NCBI GenBank assembly: GCA_963716395.1
Contig: OY970309.1
Location: 448,001 to 512,000, forward strand
From: an uncultured Fibrobacteria bacterium
GTDB lineage: Bacteria; Fibrobacterota; Fibrobacteria; UBA11236
DNA length: 64,000 bases
Direction of reading: 5' to 3'
Shown piece after piece: positions 9,206 to 18,217 of the stretch; position 1 is the stretch's first letter, and the number at the start of each line of letters is the position of its first letter. The notes beneath the pieces were generated by a model. It was not told the DNA's origin. It made no database searches and was given only the letters and a program-made list of their open reading frames with translations. The position numbers were made by a program, and so were the translations under genes.

Positions 9206-10204
9206 TCAAATCTGCCCGATTTTTCCCTTGTTGGCCTCAATCCACGAATGTAGTTGCGGGATGCTCATCCAAACATTATTGTTGTCCGAGGTATAACTGA
9301 AGCCGGACTCAACCAGCTTACCGTCCTTGATGCGTTTAAAATCCTTACTCCATCCGTGGATGGAGGGCAGAATCTTGAAGTGCTCGGGGTATTCGTAGGT
9401 GTAGAAAGAATCTTCGGGACCAATCATCTGTTCGTGCAGTTTTTCACCGGGGCGTATCCCCACAATTTCTTGTTTGGCCGAAGACGAAACGGCTGTGGCG
9501 ATATCGACCACCTTCATGGATGGAATCTTTTTCACGTAAATCTCGCCGCCCTCCATATCCGAAAATGCATGCCATACCAATTCCACACCTTGCTCCAAAG
9601 AAATCATAAATCGGGTCATTCTTGCGTCCGTTACCGGTAATACACCGTTTTCTTTAATCGACAAAAAGAACGGGATCACCGACCCTCGTGATCCCATAAC
9701 ATTTCCATAACGCACCACCCCGAAACGGGTATTGTGAGAGCCGGCATAGGAATTACCTGCAACAAAAAGTTTATCCGAGGCAAGTTTAGTTGCCCCATAC
9801 AAATTGATTGGGCTGGAAGCCTTGTCGGTACTCAGAGCCACAACACGTTTAACACCTTTATCAATGCAAGCATCGATCAAATTCATGGCACCATTAACAT
9901 TCGTCTTGACACACTCAAAAGGATTGTATTCGGCGGTGGGAACTATCTTCGTAGCTGCGGCATGAACAACAAAATCGACCCCGTCAAGAGCTCGATACAA
10001 ACGATCTTTGTCCCGAACATCTCCAATAAAGAACCTCACCCTCGAATCGCCTGAAAACTTCTTGGCCATTTCCCATTGCTTCATTTCGTCACGCGAGTAT
10101 ATGATAATTTTTTCAGGGTTGTACTTGGACAAGGTTAACGGAACAAAGGTATTCCCAAATGAGCCCGTTCCCCCAGTAATCAATATTTTAGAGTTAGAAA
10201 GCAT
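9206..10204 (-). CDS. pseB: UDP-GlcNAc 4,6-dehydratase (inverting)
   Basis: ITGGTGSFG, SRDEMKQW, HAAATKIVPTAEYNP, LSTDKA, YGATK, RYGNVMGSRGSV, GIRPGEKLHE. Confidence 0.92.
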   Translation of the reverse strand: MLSNSKILITGGTGSFGNTFVPLTLSKYNPEKIIIYSRDEMKQWEMAKKFSGDSRVRFFIGDVRDKDRLYRALDGVDFVVHAAATKIVPTAEYNPFECVKTNVNGAMNLIDACIDKGVKRVVALSTDKASSPINLYGATKLASDKLFVAGNSYAGSHNTRFGVVRYGNVMGSRGSVIPFFLSIKENGVLPVTDARMTRFMISLEQGVELVWHAFSDMEGGEIYVKKIPSMKVVDIATAVSSSAKQEIVGIRPGEKLHEQMIGPEDSFYTYEYPEHFKILPSIHGWSKDFKRIKDGKLVESGFSYTSDNNNVWMSIPQLHSWIEANKGKIGQI

Positions 10205-10458
10205 GACTACCCACATGGAATCGTGTGGTATTAAATCTTAACATACTGTACGACTATTTTTAATGTTGAACTAGGGAAAGAATTCTTTATGGCATCGAAG
10301 AAAGCAGCCGATATTTTGGTTCCAAAGAAGCCATCTCTTATATTTTTAACGGGCTTTTTTCCAATCTTTACCATACTATGTCATCCGGTTCTGTATCGTC
10401 AATTCAAAGTAGTTATTCGTATGCTTAAAATCTATTGAATTGACCTGATCCTCTCGAT

Positions 10459-10743
10459 TTGGTAGGCGTATCAGGAAGACATTATCTGAGAAAGGATTTC
10501 GAGTGGAAACGACGCAGAAAGGGAAACCGGCCCCTGGCAAAGGCGGAGGGAAAATGTACGGTAGGGGCGGCGCAAAGGTTAATTGATCGCGCCGGAAGAA
10601 GAGAGCTGGTGGACGCCTTTTTTGTTTTTGTCCGCTACGGTTGTTACGAATGGGGCTCCGTGGCAAAGAAGCTTTCAGAAGCACCTCCACAAAATGAGAA
10701 GTTTACTTACTTCCTCGATTTTGCTAAAATAGCAGCTAAATAA
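10459..10743 (+). pseudogene. Degenerate IS5-family transposase N-terminal remnant
   Basis: RRELVDAFFVFVRYGCYEW...PPQNEKFTYF resembles the IS5 N-terminal pattern RE(I/V)VNAIFYVLRTGCQW...PP..TVY.YF; no DDE domain follows. Confidence 0.4.
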
Positions 10744-10807
10744 CATGGGAATGCTTTTTATTACTTTTTTCTAAGTTGTTATTATTTGCTCTTGCTGAAA
10801 AATTGGT

Positions 10808-11695
10808 ATGCTCCCGAATCTAATCGTTATCGGTGCGCAAAAGTCCGCATCTACATTTATTCAGGATTGCTTGGCTGAGCACCCCGATGTATATATGCTT
10901 AACGGTGAAACTCCGGCCTTTGAATCTCCGGACTACGAAGCGGGGGCACTCAATGCTTTGGAAAAAGCTTTTGAAGGCAAATCTCAGGCCGTTCTGGCTA
11001 TAAAAAGGCCCTGCTACGTTGGGAAAAACGAAGTCCCGCAAAGAATCTTTGAACATCTTCCCCACGCCAAACTCCTGGCGATATTACGCGACCCCGTAGA
11101 CCGAGCCGTGTCGGCCTACTATCATAACATCAAATACGGATTTATTCCGAATATCGATATTGAAATCGGGATGCGCAAGATTCTTCTTGGAGAATACCAA
11201 AAAAAATATCCCAGATCATCCGAAATCATTGAATTCGGTTTTTATTATAAACATCTTAATCATTATCGACATTTTTTTGAGCGAAATCAGCTTTGCATAC
11301 TTTTCCACAAAGACATATTAGGTGATAGATTGGGCAACGTTAGAAAGGTTTATGAATACTTAGGAATCGATAGCCAGTTCATCCCCTCCGCCCTTAAAAC
11401 CCATCCGAATGATGCGGTTTATCAACCGGCACGCCTTGCGTTTTTACGACTCCAAAACCCGATTTTATACCGATACAGCGCCGATAGAATGCGGTTATTT
11501 TCCAAGCGACATAACCCATTGGGCAAAATGCTTGGGAAAGCGATTTCATCTTTTGATCGACGAATTTTGTCGAATTTGTTAGGAAATCAGAGACCCGAAA
11601 TTAGTCAATCGCTTAAATTAGAATTATACAGCGTATATAATGAAGACATTAGCAACCTCGAAAAATTAATCAACAGGAAATTATTTTGGTGTTAA
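10808..11695 (+). CDS. Sulfotransferase (PAPS-dependent)
   Basis: PNLIVIGAQKSAST (5'-PSB) and ILRDPVDRAVSAY (3'-PB). Confidence 0.9.
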   Translation: MLPNLIVIGAQKSASTFIQDCLAEHPDVYMLNGETPAFESPDYEAGALNALEKAFEGKSQAVLAIKRPCYVGKNEVPQRIFEHLPHAKLLAILRDPVDRAVSAYYHNIKYGFIPNIDIEIGMRKILLGEYQKKYPRSSEIIEFGFYYKHLNHYRHFFERNQLCILFHKDILGDRLGNVRKVYEYLGIDSQFIPSALKTHPNDAVYQPARLAFLRLQNPILYRYSADRMRLFSKRHNPLGKMLGKAISSFDRRILSNLLGNQRPEISQSLKLELYSVYNEDISNLEKLINRKLFWC

Positions 11696-11772
11696 AACTC
11701 ATACTCTAACGAAAGTAAACCGAAGTATTGTAACATATTAATTACAGTTTTAGTCGAGTTTAGACTTAGTAT

Positions 11773-14094
11773 TTATCCCTTCTTAATCGCCTGAATACTC
11801 AATATCAACGCCACCACGATGCCCACCGTCCCCAGAATCGCATTGATCCCCGCAAACCAATCAATCTGCTTCGGCTCGGGTCCCTGCGGCACATAAATTA
11901 CGCTGCCCGCATCGGGTTTGCGGTTGAAAATCCCCTCGGTCGAAGTTTCGCCATTTGCATATTGCACTACCACGCGATCTTTTTCGCTGCGCCGGGTAAA
12001 GCCGCCGGCCTTATCGATGTAATACCCGACCGAGGCCCCTTCTCTGTACAAAACGCTGGTTTCAAAACCCACTTCGCCGATCACTTTCACGGTATTCGAA
12101 CGCTCGGGAATGAACAGGCTGTCACCGCCCATCAAGGTGATGTTCTGTTTGCTGTCGCGATGCCGAACGGCTTCTTCCACGTCGATGCCGACGCGGCCCA
12201 CGCTGTCTTTATGCCGGAAAAACCGCGCGCCTTCCACATAGGCGTCGGGCTTGAATCCACCCGCGCGTTCGATGACGCTGGCCAATTTCTCGTCGGGATG
12301 CAACAAAGCATAATCTCCGGGATGCAAAAAGAGCCCGTTCAGCGTCACGACTTCTTTGCGGTACCAGCGAGGATCCACGGGAATCTGAACCACGTCGTAA
12401 GGCTGCAATTCGATGTTTTCCGGACTTTTATCCAACCCTGGCTGCATGGAAACGTCGATTTGTTTCACCCGGCGCTCGTGGGAGTCACCGCGGAACACCA
12501 GGGCTTTTCCGGCTTCGTGTTCCGGTAAAAATCCGCCGGCTTCCATCACCAGATCTTTGACCGTCATTCCCTGGCGGAATTCGAATTTGCCCGGGTGAAA
12601 GACGGCGCCGGCGATTTGCACGCTGTCGGGCAAATACATGTCTTTGACGCTGTAGAGGATGACTTCGTCTTTGGGTTTTAAAACGATGGAATCCGGGCTG
12701 GTTTTATCGGCTGAGTAGGCGAAAAGTTCGCTGGAGCCGTCGGGATGAAAGCGCACCACGTGGATACGGCCGAGAAAGGCGTCTTCGCGCAGGCCGCCGG
12801 CTTTTTGAATCAACACTTGAACCGAGGTGATATCATCGGATTCATAGGTGCCCGGGTATTTAACCGGCCCGGAAATGGTGTAAAAGTCATGCGTTGGTTC
12901 GGTGGATTTGTCGACCAACAATTTGTCGCCGTCATGCAATTCGAATTCGGCCTTGCCCGACAAAAAATCTTGCGGCGGCGGCAGATTTATATAGTCGACG
13001 CGACCGTCGGGAAAAATACGCTGCAAGGTCATGGTTTGTCGGGCCGCCGTGGGATTGAGTCCCCCGGCATAGGCCAACAAATCCTTGATGCCTTCGCCTT
13101 TTTTCATTTCATAGGTGGCCGGGCGGCCCACGTCACCCGCGATATCGACCAGCAATTGGGCGCGCCCCACAAAAATGACGTCGCCGTCTTGCAAGACATC
13201 GGGCTTGGGAATTTCGCCGCGCATCAGGTAATCATAGAGATCCAACTTGTATTGTTTGCCACTGCGATTCAGAATGATGTTACGCACCGTGCCGATGTCG
13301 GTCGGGCCTTGGGCGTAATACATCACCGACAAAACGCTGGTGTGCCCGGTGAAGACATACCCCCCCGGCACCTTGACGTCGCCCAATACGAAAATCTTTT
13401 TGGGGCCGGGCTGCCCCACGGTCAAACTGATGTTCATGGTGCCGCGCTTGATGCCGGAGTAAATGCGCGACAACCTTTCCCGCAATTCTTTTTCGGCTTG
13501 ATCCACGGTCATTCCTGAGATGGGAACAATCCCCACCCCTTCCAGAAAAACGGCGCCCTGAGAGTCCAAGACCAGGTTGTATTCTTTTTCTTTGTCGCCC
13601 CACATGAAAAGCGTAACGGCATCTCCGGGCCCGAGTACGTAATCGCGACCCACCGCACCGACGGCATTGGCGAAGGCGCTGCGATTCACCGATTGGAAAA
13701 TCCGTTGTTCGTATCGCTTGGGTGGGGGTTTATGCACCAAACGACGACGCCCGGTAGAGTCTACGATCAAGGTATCGGTGTCGTTGGCCAAACCAAAAGT
13801 CGAGGTGTCGGATTGCTGCGGGCCTGATAACAATGAATCCAACATCAAATTTTGGGTTCGGGCCGCCGGAGAAAAAGAGTTGGCGGTACCCTGGGCTTTG
13901 GCCGCTTGACGGGCTTGCAGCACTGAATCTACGACGGTTGGGCTCATCCCCGAAAGATCCGCGCCCGACATCGACTGCGCTTGCATTTGCTGGGCCTGTG
14001 CCACCTTGTCTTCCAGGCTTTGGCCCCAGGCCGGGTGTAAACAAAACCAGGCTGCGGCGACGGGTCCGAAAACCTTGGCAAATGCCCTTGACAT
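11773..14094 (-). CDS. Polysaccharide export protein with multiple SLBB domains (Wza/KpsD-like)
   Basis: Signal peptide, YVLGPGD polysaccharide-export domain, repeated GxVxxPG / AGG SLBB units, C-terminal helix. Confidence 0.88.
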   Translation of the reverse strand: MSRAFAKVFGPVAAAWFCLHPAWGQSLEDKVAQAQQMQAQSMSGADLSGMSPTVVDSVLQARQAAKAQGTANSFSPAARTQNLMLDSLLSGPQQSDTSTFGLANDTDTLIVDSTGRRRLVHKPPPKRYEQRIFQSVNRSAFANAVGAVGRDYVLGPGDAVTLFMWGDKEKEYNLVLDSQGAVFLEGVGIVPISGMTVDQAEKELRERLSRIYSGIKRGTMNISLTVGQPGPKKIFVLGDVKVPGGYVFTGHTSVLSVMYYAQGPTDIGTVRNIILNRSGKQYKLDLYDYLMRGEIPKPDVLQDGDVIFVGRAQLLVDIAGDVGRPATYEMKKGEGIKDLLAYAGGLNPTAARQTMTLQRIFPDGRVDYINLPPPQDFLSGKAEFELHDGDKLLVDKSTEPTHDFYTISGPVKYPGTYESDDITSVQVLIQKAGGLREDAFLGRIHVVRFHPDGSSELFAYSADKTSPDSIVLKPKDEVILYSVKDMYLPDSVQIAGAVFHPGKFEFRQGMTVKDLVMEAGGFLPEHEAGKALVFRGDSHERRVKQIDVSMQPGLDKSPENIELQPYDVVQIPVDPRWYRKEVVTLNGLFLHPGDYALLHPDEKLASVIERAGGFKPDAYVEGARFFRHKDSVGRVGIDVEEAVRHRDSKQNITLMGGDSLFIPERSNTVKVIGEVGFETSVLYREGASVGYYIDKAGGFTRRSEKDRVVVQYANGETSTEGIFNRKPDAGSVIYVPQGPEPKQIDWFAGINAILGTVGIVVALILSIQAIKKG

Positions 14095-14172
14095 CGGCGG
14101 AATAATAGGAAAAACGCAGAATTTTACCCAATTTTTTCCGCCCTTAGGTCTTGGCGGCTAATTTTCCGAACG

Positions 14173-17031
14173 ATGAATGAGGTCGCGGCGGCTTTGACCC
14201 AAAAGCTCGAAGGCGAAGTCAAATTCGACGCCTTCACCCGTAAAATCTACAGCGTCGACGCCTCCCTGTATCAAATCGATCCGCTGGGGGTGGTGCTCCC
14301 CAAAACCAAGCAGGATTTGTTTGCCACCGTGCGCTTGGCCAAGGAGTTCGGCGTGGCCATCATTCCCCGCGGAGCCGCGACCGGGATCACGGGCGGTTGC
14401 CTGGGTGCGGGCATTGTGGTCGACACCTCCAAATATTTAAACCGCATTCTCGACATCAATTATGAAGAAGGCTTCGCCATTTGCGAACCCGGCGTCATCC
14501 AGGATCAACTGAACCGCGCGTTGGCGCCCGCGGGCTTTTGCCTGGGCCCCGACACCTCGACCGGCGATCGCGCCACTATGGGCGGCATGGTGGGCAACAA
14601 CGCCACGGGCGCGCATTCGCTGCGTTACGGCAAAATGGTCGACAACGTGCTCGGCCTGGAAATGGCCCTGGCCCAAGACGAAGTGCTGGAATGCGGCGAA
14701 CTGTCGCCTGAAGCCTGGGAACAAAAAGCGAAGCGCCCGGATGGCGAAGGCCGGATTTACCGCGCCGTGGATCGGATTGTAAAAGTCAACGCGAACGAAA
14801 TCGAAAAGCGTTTTCCCAAAATCCAACGGCGCGTATCGGGTTTCAACCTCGACGAGTTCATCCGGCCCGGCTCCCGGAATTTATCCAAGCTGATCGTGGG
14901 TTCCGAAGGTGCGCTGGGCCTGGTGAGCGAAATCAAGGTGCGCATCGCTCCCAAGCCACGGCATGTGGGTTTGGTGGCCGTGCTCTGCGCCGACCTCATC
15001 GACGGGCTGCGCGGTGTGCCGGCCCTGCTGAAATCGCTTCCGTTTTCTCTGGAGCTCATCGACGCACATATCATCGCCCTAGCCCGCCAGGCGCCGAGTA
15101 TGCGCGGCAAGTTGGGTTGGCTTGAAGGCAACCCCGGCGTGCTGCTGGTGGCCGAATTCGACGGCCGCACCGAATCGGAATTGGCGGGAAAACTGGATGG
15201 CTTCGAAACCTTGGTGCGCCGGGAACATCTGGGTTACGCCACCTTGCGGGTTACGGACCCGGCCGAGCAAAAAAAAGTGTGGGACTTGCGCAAGGCCGGG
15301 CTCGGACTATTGCTGTCGCGCCGTACCCCCGAACGCGCCGTGGCTTTTCTCGAAGACACGGCCGTGGGACCGGAGCGGTTGGCCGATTTCATGCGCGAGT
15401 TCCGCGATCTCATTGGCCGTCACGGCAAAGAGGCCGGATTTTACGGACATGCGGGCGTGGGCTGCCTGCACGTGCGGCCCATGATCGATCTGAAGAAAGC
15501 GTCGGATCGCCGCCTTATGGCGGCCATGATGGAAGAAGTCGCCGACCTGTTGCAACGCTACGGCGGCGCCTTGAGCGGCGAACACGGCGACGGATTGACG
15601 CGCTCATGGCTGAACGAACGCATGTTCGGCTCGCAATTGTACCAGGCCTTCACCGACATCAAGCGCGCCTTTGACCCCGAAGGGCGGATGAATCCCGGCA
15701 AGGTGATCGCCAACCAAGGTCCGTTGGAAAATCTGCGCCGACAACCGGAAATTCCGGCCTTTTCGCCCGCCACCCAATTCCGCTGGGAGCGCGAAGGCGG
15801 CTTTCCCTTCGCAGTGGAAATGTGCAACGGCAACAGCGCCTGCCGCAAACCGGTGGAGGGCTTGATGTGTCCGTCGTTTCAGGCTTACGGCGACGAACGC
15901 CATTCGACCCGCGCGCGCGCGCAAAGCCTGCAAGCCGTGTTGAGCGGGAACTTACCGGCCGGGCAATTCACCGGCCGCGAATTGTACGACGTGCTGGATC
16001 TTTGCCTGGAATGCAAGGGTTGCAAAACCGAATGCCCTTCGCAAGTCGATATGGCCAAAATGAAGTCAGAATTCTTGTACCACTATCAGGAAAAGAACGG
16101 CTACCCGTTACGCTCGCGCTTGTTCGCCCATCTCGACACCTTGAGCCGCGGGGGATCCCTGACCGCGCCTTTTTCCAATTGGGTGGCATCTTCGCTTCCC
16201 CTGCGCTGGGCGTTGGGCCGCATCGGCATCACACCGCAGCGAACCTTGCCCGCCTATGCGCGCCGGCGGTTTTCTTCCCGGCCGCCGCAAGCCGCCGGGT
16301 CCGGGGCGCTCGGAACCGTGGTGCTGTTCAATGACACCTATATGGAGCACCATGTCCCGCAATTGGGTTGGGATGCCGTGGTCGTGCTGGAGGGCTTGGG
16401 CTACCGCGTCATCGTGCCGCCGCGCGCCTGCTGCGGAAGGCCCGCCATTTCCAAGGGCTTTCTCACCTTGGCCAAACATAAGGCGCGAGCGGTCATAACG
16501 CACCTTCATCCCTGGGCGCGGCAGGGAATTCCCATTGTGGGAATCGAGCCCAGTTGCATTCTGACCCTTAAAGACGACTATCCCGATTTGGTTCCGGGCG
16601 CCGATACCGATGCCGTGGCTGCGCACTGTCAGACCCTCGAGGCTTTTCTGCGCGACGGCCTGCGCGCCGGTAAATTCCAGTTGCCGGCTTCGTCCACGCC
16701 ACGCGCCTTGCGCGTGCACAGCCATTGCTATCAAAAGGCCCTGGGTGAAGCCGGCTGCGCCACCGAAGTGCTGAATGCCGTGCCCGGCTTTGCAGCTGCA
16801 GAAATCGATTCGGGCTGCTGCGGCATGGCCGGTTCTTTCGGCTATGAAAGCGAGCATTTTGAATTTTCGCGGCAAGTGGGGGAAACACGCCTGTTTCCCG
16901 CCTTGCGCGCCGGGTCGGCCGATACCGTGGCGGCGGGGTTTTCGTGCCGGGCGCAAATCGCAGGCGCAGGTTTCCACGCGCGCCATCTGGTTGAATTCCT
17001 GGCCGAAGTGATGCGCGGGGCGAAAGGTTAG
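14173..17031 (+). CDS. FAD-binding and Fe-S-binding oxidoreductase (YdiJ/GlcDF-like)
   Basis: YSVDASLY, PRGAAT, GSEG, HAGVGCLH, GEHGDG, CNGNSAC, CLECKGC..ECP and CCG domains. Confidence 0.9.
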   Translation: MNEVAAALTQKLEGEVKFDAFTRKIYSVDASLYQIDPLGVVLPKTKQDLFATVRLAKEFGVAIIPRGAATGITGGCLGAGIVVDTSKYLNRILDINYEEGFAICEPGVIQDQLNRALAPAGFCLGPDTSTGDRATMGGMVGNNATGAHSLRYGKMVDNVLGLEMALAQDEVLECGELSPEAWEQKAKRPDGEGRIYRAVDRIVKVNANEIEKRFPKIQRRVSGFNLDEFIRPGSRNLSKLIVGSEGALGLVSEIKVRIAPKPRHVGLVAVLCADLIDGLRGVPALLKSLPFSLELIDAHIIALARQAPSMRGKLGWLEGNPGVLLVAEFDGRTESELAGKLDGFETLVRREHLGYATLRVTDPAEQKKVWDLRKAGLGLLLSRRTPERAVAFLEDTAVGPERLADFMREFRDLIGRHGKEAGFYGHAGVGCLHVRPMIDLKKASDRRLMAAMMEEVADLLQRYGGALSGEHGDGLTRSWLNERMFGSQLYQAFTDIKRAFDPEGRMNPGKVIANQGPLENLRRQPEIPAFSPATQFRWEREGGFPFAVEMCNGNSACRKPVEGLMCPSFQAYGDERHSTRARAQSLQAVLSGNLPAGQFTGRELYDVLDLCLECKGCKTECPSQVDMAKMKSEFLYHYQEKNGYPLRSRLFAHLDTLSRGGSLTAPFSNWVASSLPLRWALGRIGITPQRTLPAYARRRFSSRPPQAAGSGALGTVVLFNDTYMEHHVPQLGWDAVVVLEGLGYRVIVPPRACCGRPAISKGFLTLAKHKARAVITHLHPWARQGIPIVGIEPSCILTLKDDYPDLVPGADTDAVAAHCQTLEAFLRDGLRAGKFQLPASSTPRALRVHSHCYQKALGEAGCATEVLNAVPGFAAAEIDSGCCGMAGSFGYESEHFEFSRQVGETRLFPALRAGSADTVAAGFSCRAQIAGAGFHARHLVEFLAEVMRGAKG

Positions 17032-17051
17032 GACTTTTGCGCAAGTCCTTT
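17030..17051 (+). terminator. Stem-loop terminator candidate
   Basis: AGGACTT-TTGCGC-AAGTCCT followed by TT, at the gene stop. Confidence 0.45.
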
Positions 17052-17064
17052 GAGCCCCGCGGGC

Positions 17065-17206
17065 GGTTCGACCGGTTCGACAGGCTCAGCGGCCGAGGAG
17101 GTTCGGCTTGTGTCCTTCGACCGGTGCAAGAGGCTCACCGGCCGCGGGGGTCGGGACTTGAGTGGCGATAGCCGCGGTTTCAGCGAAGGGTGAGCCTGTC
17201 GAAGCC
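17065..17206. repeat. REP-like palindromic cluster (TTCGACAGGCTCA / TGAGCCTGTCGAA type), copy 1
   Basis: GGTTCGACAGGCTCAGC at 17074 and GGTGAGCCTGTCGAAGCC at 17189; 17065-17144 matches 20014-20093 in inverted orientation. Confidence 0.8.
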
Positions 17207-17240
17207 TTCGCGGGAGAACCCAACGTCATAAGAAGGAGCT

Positions 17241-18176
17241 TTAAAGTCGTACGCCCCCGGAAAGAAAATCGGCGTAAGCCAAACGCACGCCTTCTTCGAG
17301 CGAAATCTTGGAGCGCCAACCCAGGGCATGCAGTTTGGACACGTCCAATAATTTTCGCGGGGTGCCGTCGGGCTTGGAGTGGTCGAACACCAAGTCGCCC
17401 GGGAACCCCACCGCTTTTTTGACCATCTCGGCCAAGGCGCGAATGGTGACCTCTTGCCCGCTGCCCACGTTCACGGTGGCGTCGTCGTTGTACTCGTTCA
17501 TCAGATAAACGCAGGCGTCGGCCAAATCATCGACGTACAGAAACTCGCGTTTGGGCGAACCCGTGCCCCATACCGTGAAGCTCTGCTGCTGGTTGACCTT
17601 GGCTTCATGCACCTTGCGGATCAAGGCGGGCAGCACGTGGGCGTTCATGAGATCGTAATTGTCATTGGGACCATAAAGATTGGTGGGCATGCACGAGATG
17701 AAACGCGTGTGGTACTGCCGGTTATAGGCCTGGCACATGCGGATGCCCGCGATTTTCGCCAAGGCATAGGGCTCATTGGTGGGCTCCAGCGGCCCGGTCA
17801 AAAGACACTCCTCGGTCATGGGCTGCGGCGCCATTTTCGGATAAATGCACGAACTGCCCAGGAATAAAAGCTTCTTCACGTGGAAGGCATAGGCCGAGTG
17901 GATGATATTGGTTTGAATGCACAGATTGCTGTAGATGAAATCCGCCGGATAGGTGTTGTTGGCATAAATTCCGCCCACCTTGGCCGCAGCCAAGAACACG
18001 TATTGGGGCCTTTCTTTCTGGAAGAAATCGAAAACCGCCTGCTGATGGGTGAGATCCAATTCCTGCGAAGAATGCCCTAGGATTTGGGTGAAGCCGTTTT
18101 CTTTCAACTTGCGCACGATGGCCGATCCGACCATGCCGTAAAGTCCGGCCACATAGATTTTCGCGGATTTTTCCAT
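17241..18176 (-). CDS. fcl: GDP-L-fucose synthase
   Basis: [62 protein letters not shown]. Confidence 0.95.
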   Translation of the reverse strand: MEKSAKIYVAGLYGMVGSAIVRKLKENGFTQILGHSSQELDLTHQQAVFDFFQKERPQYVFLAAAKVGGIYANNTYPADFIYSNLCIQTNIIHSAYAFHVKKLLFLGSSCIYPKMAPQPMTEECLLTGPLEPTNEPYALAKIAGIRMCQAYNRQYHTRFISCMPTNLYGPNDNYDLMNAHVLPALIRKVHEAKVNQQQSFTVWGTGSPKREFLYVDDLADACVYLMNEYNDDATVNVGSGQEVTIRALAEMVKKAVGFPGDLVFDHSKPDGTPRKLLDVSKLHALGWRSKISLEEGVRLAYADFLSGGVRL

Positions 18177-18217
18177 GCCTCACCTTTATGTTGAATATTA
18201 AGCTCTACAAAAATATC

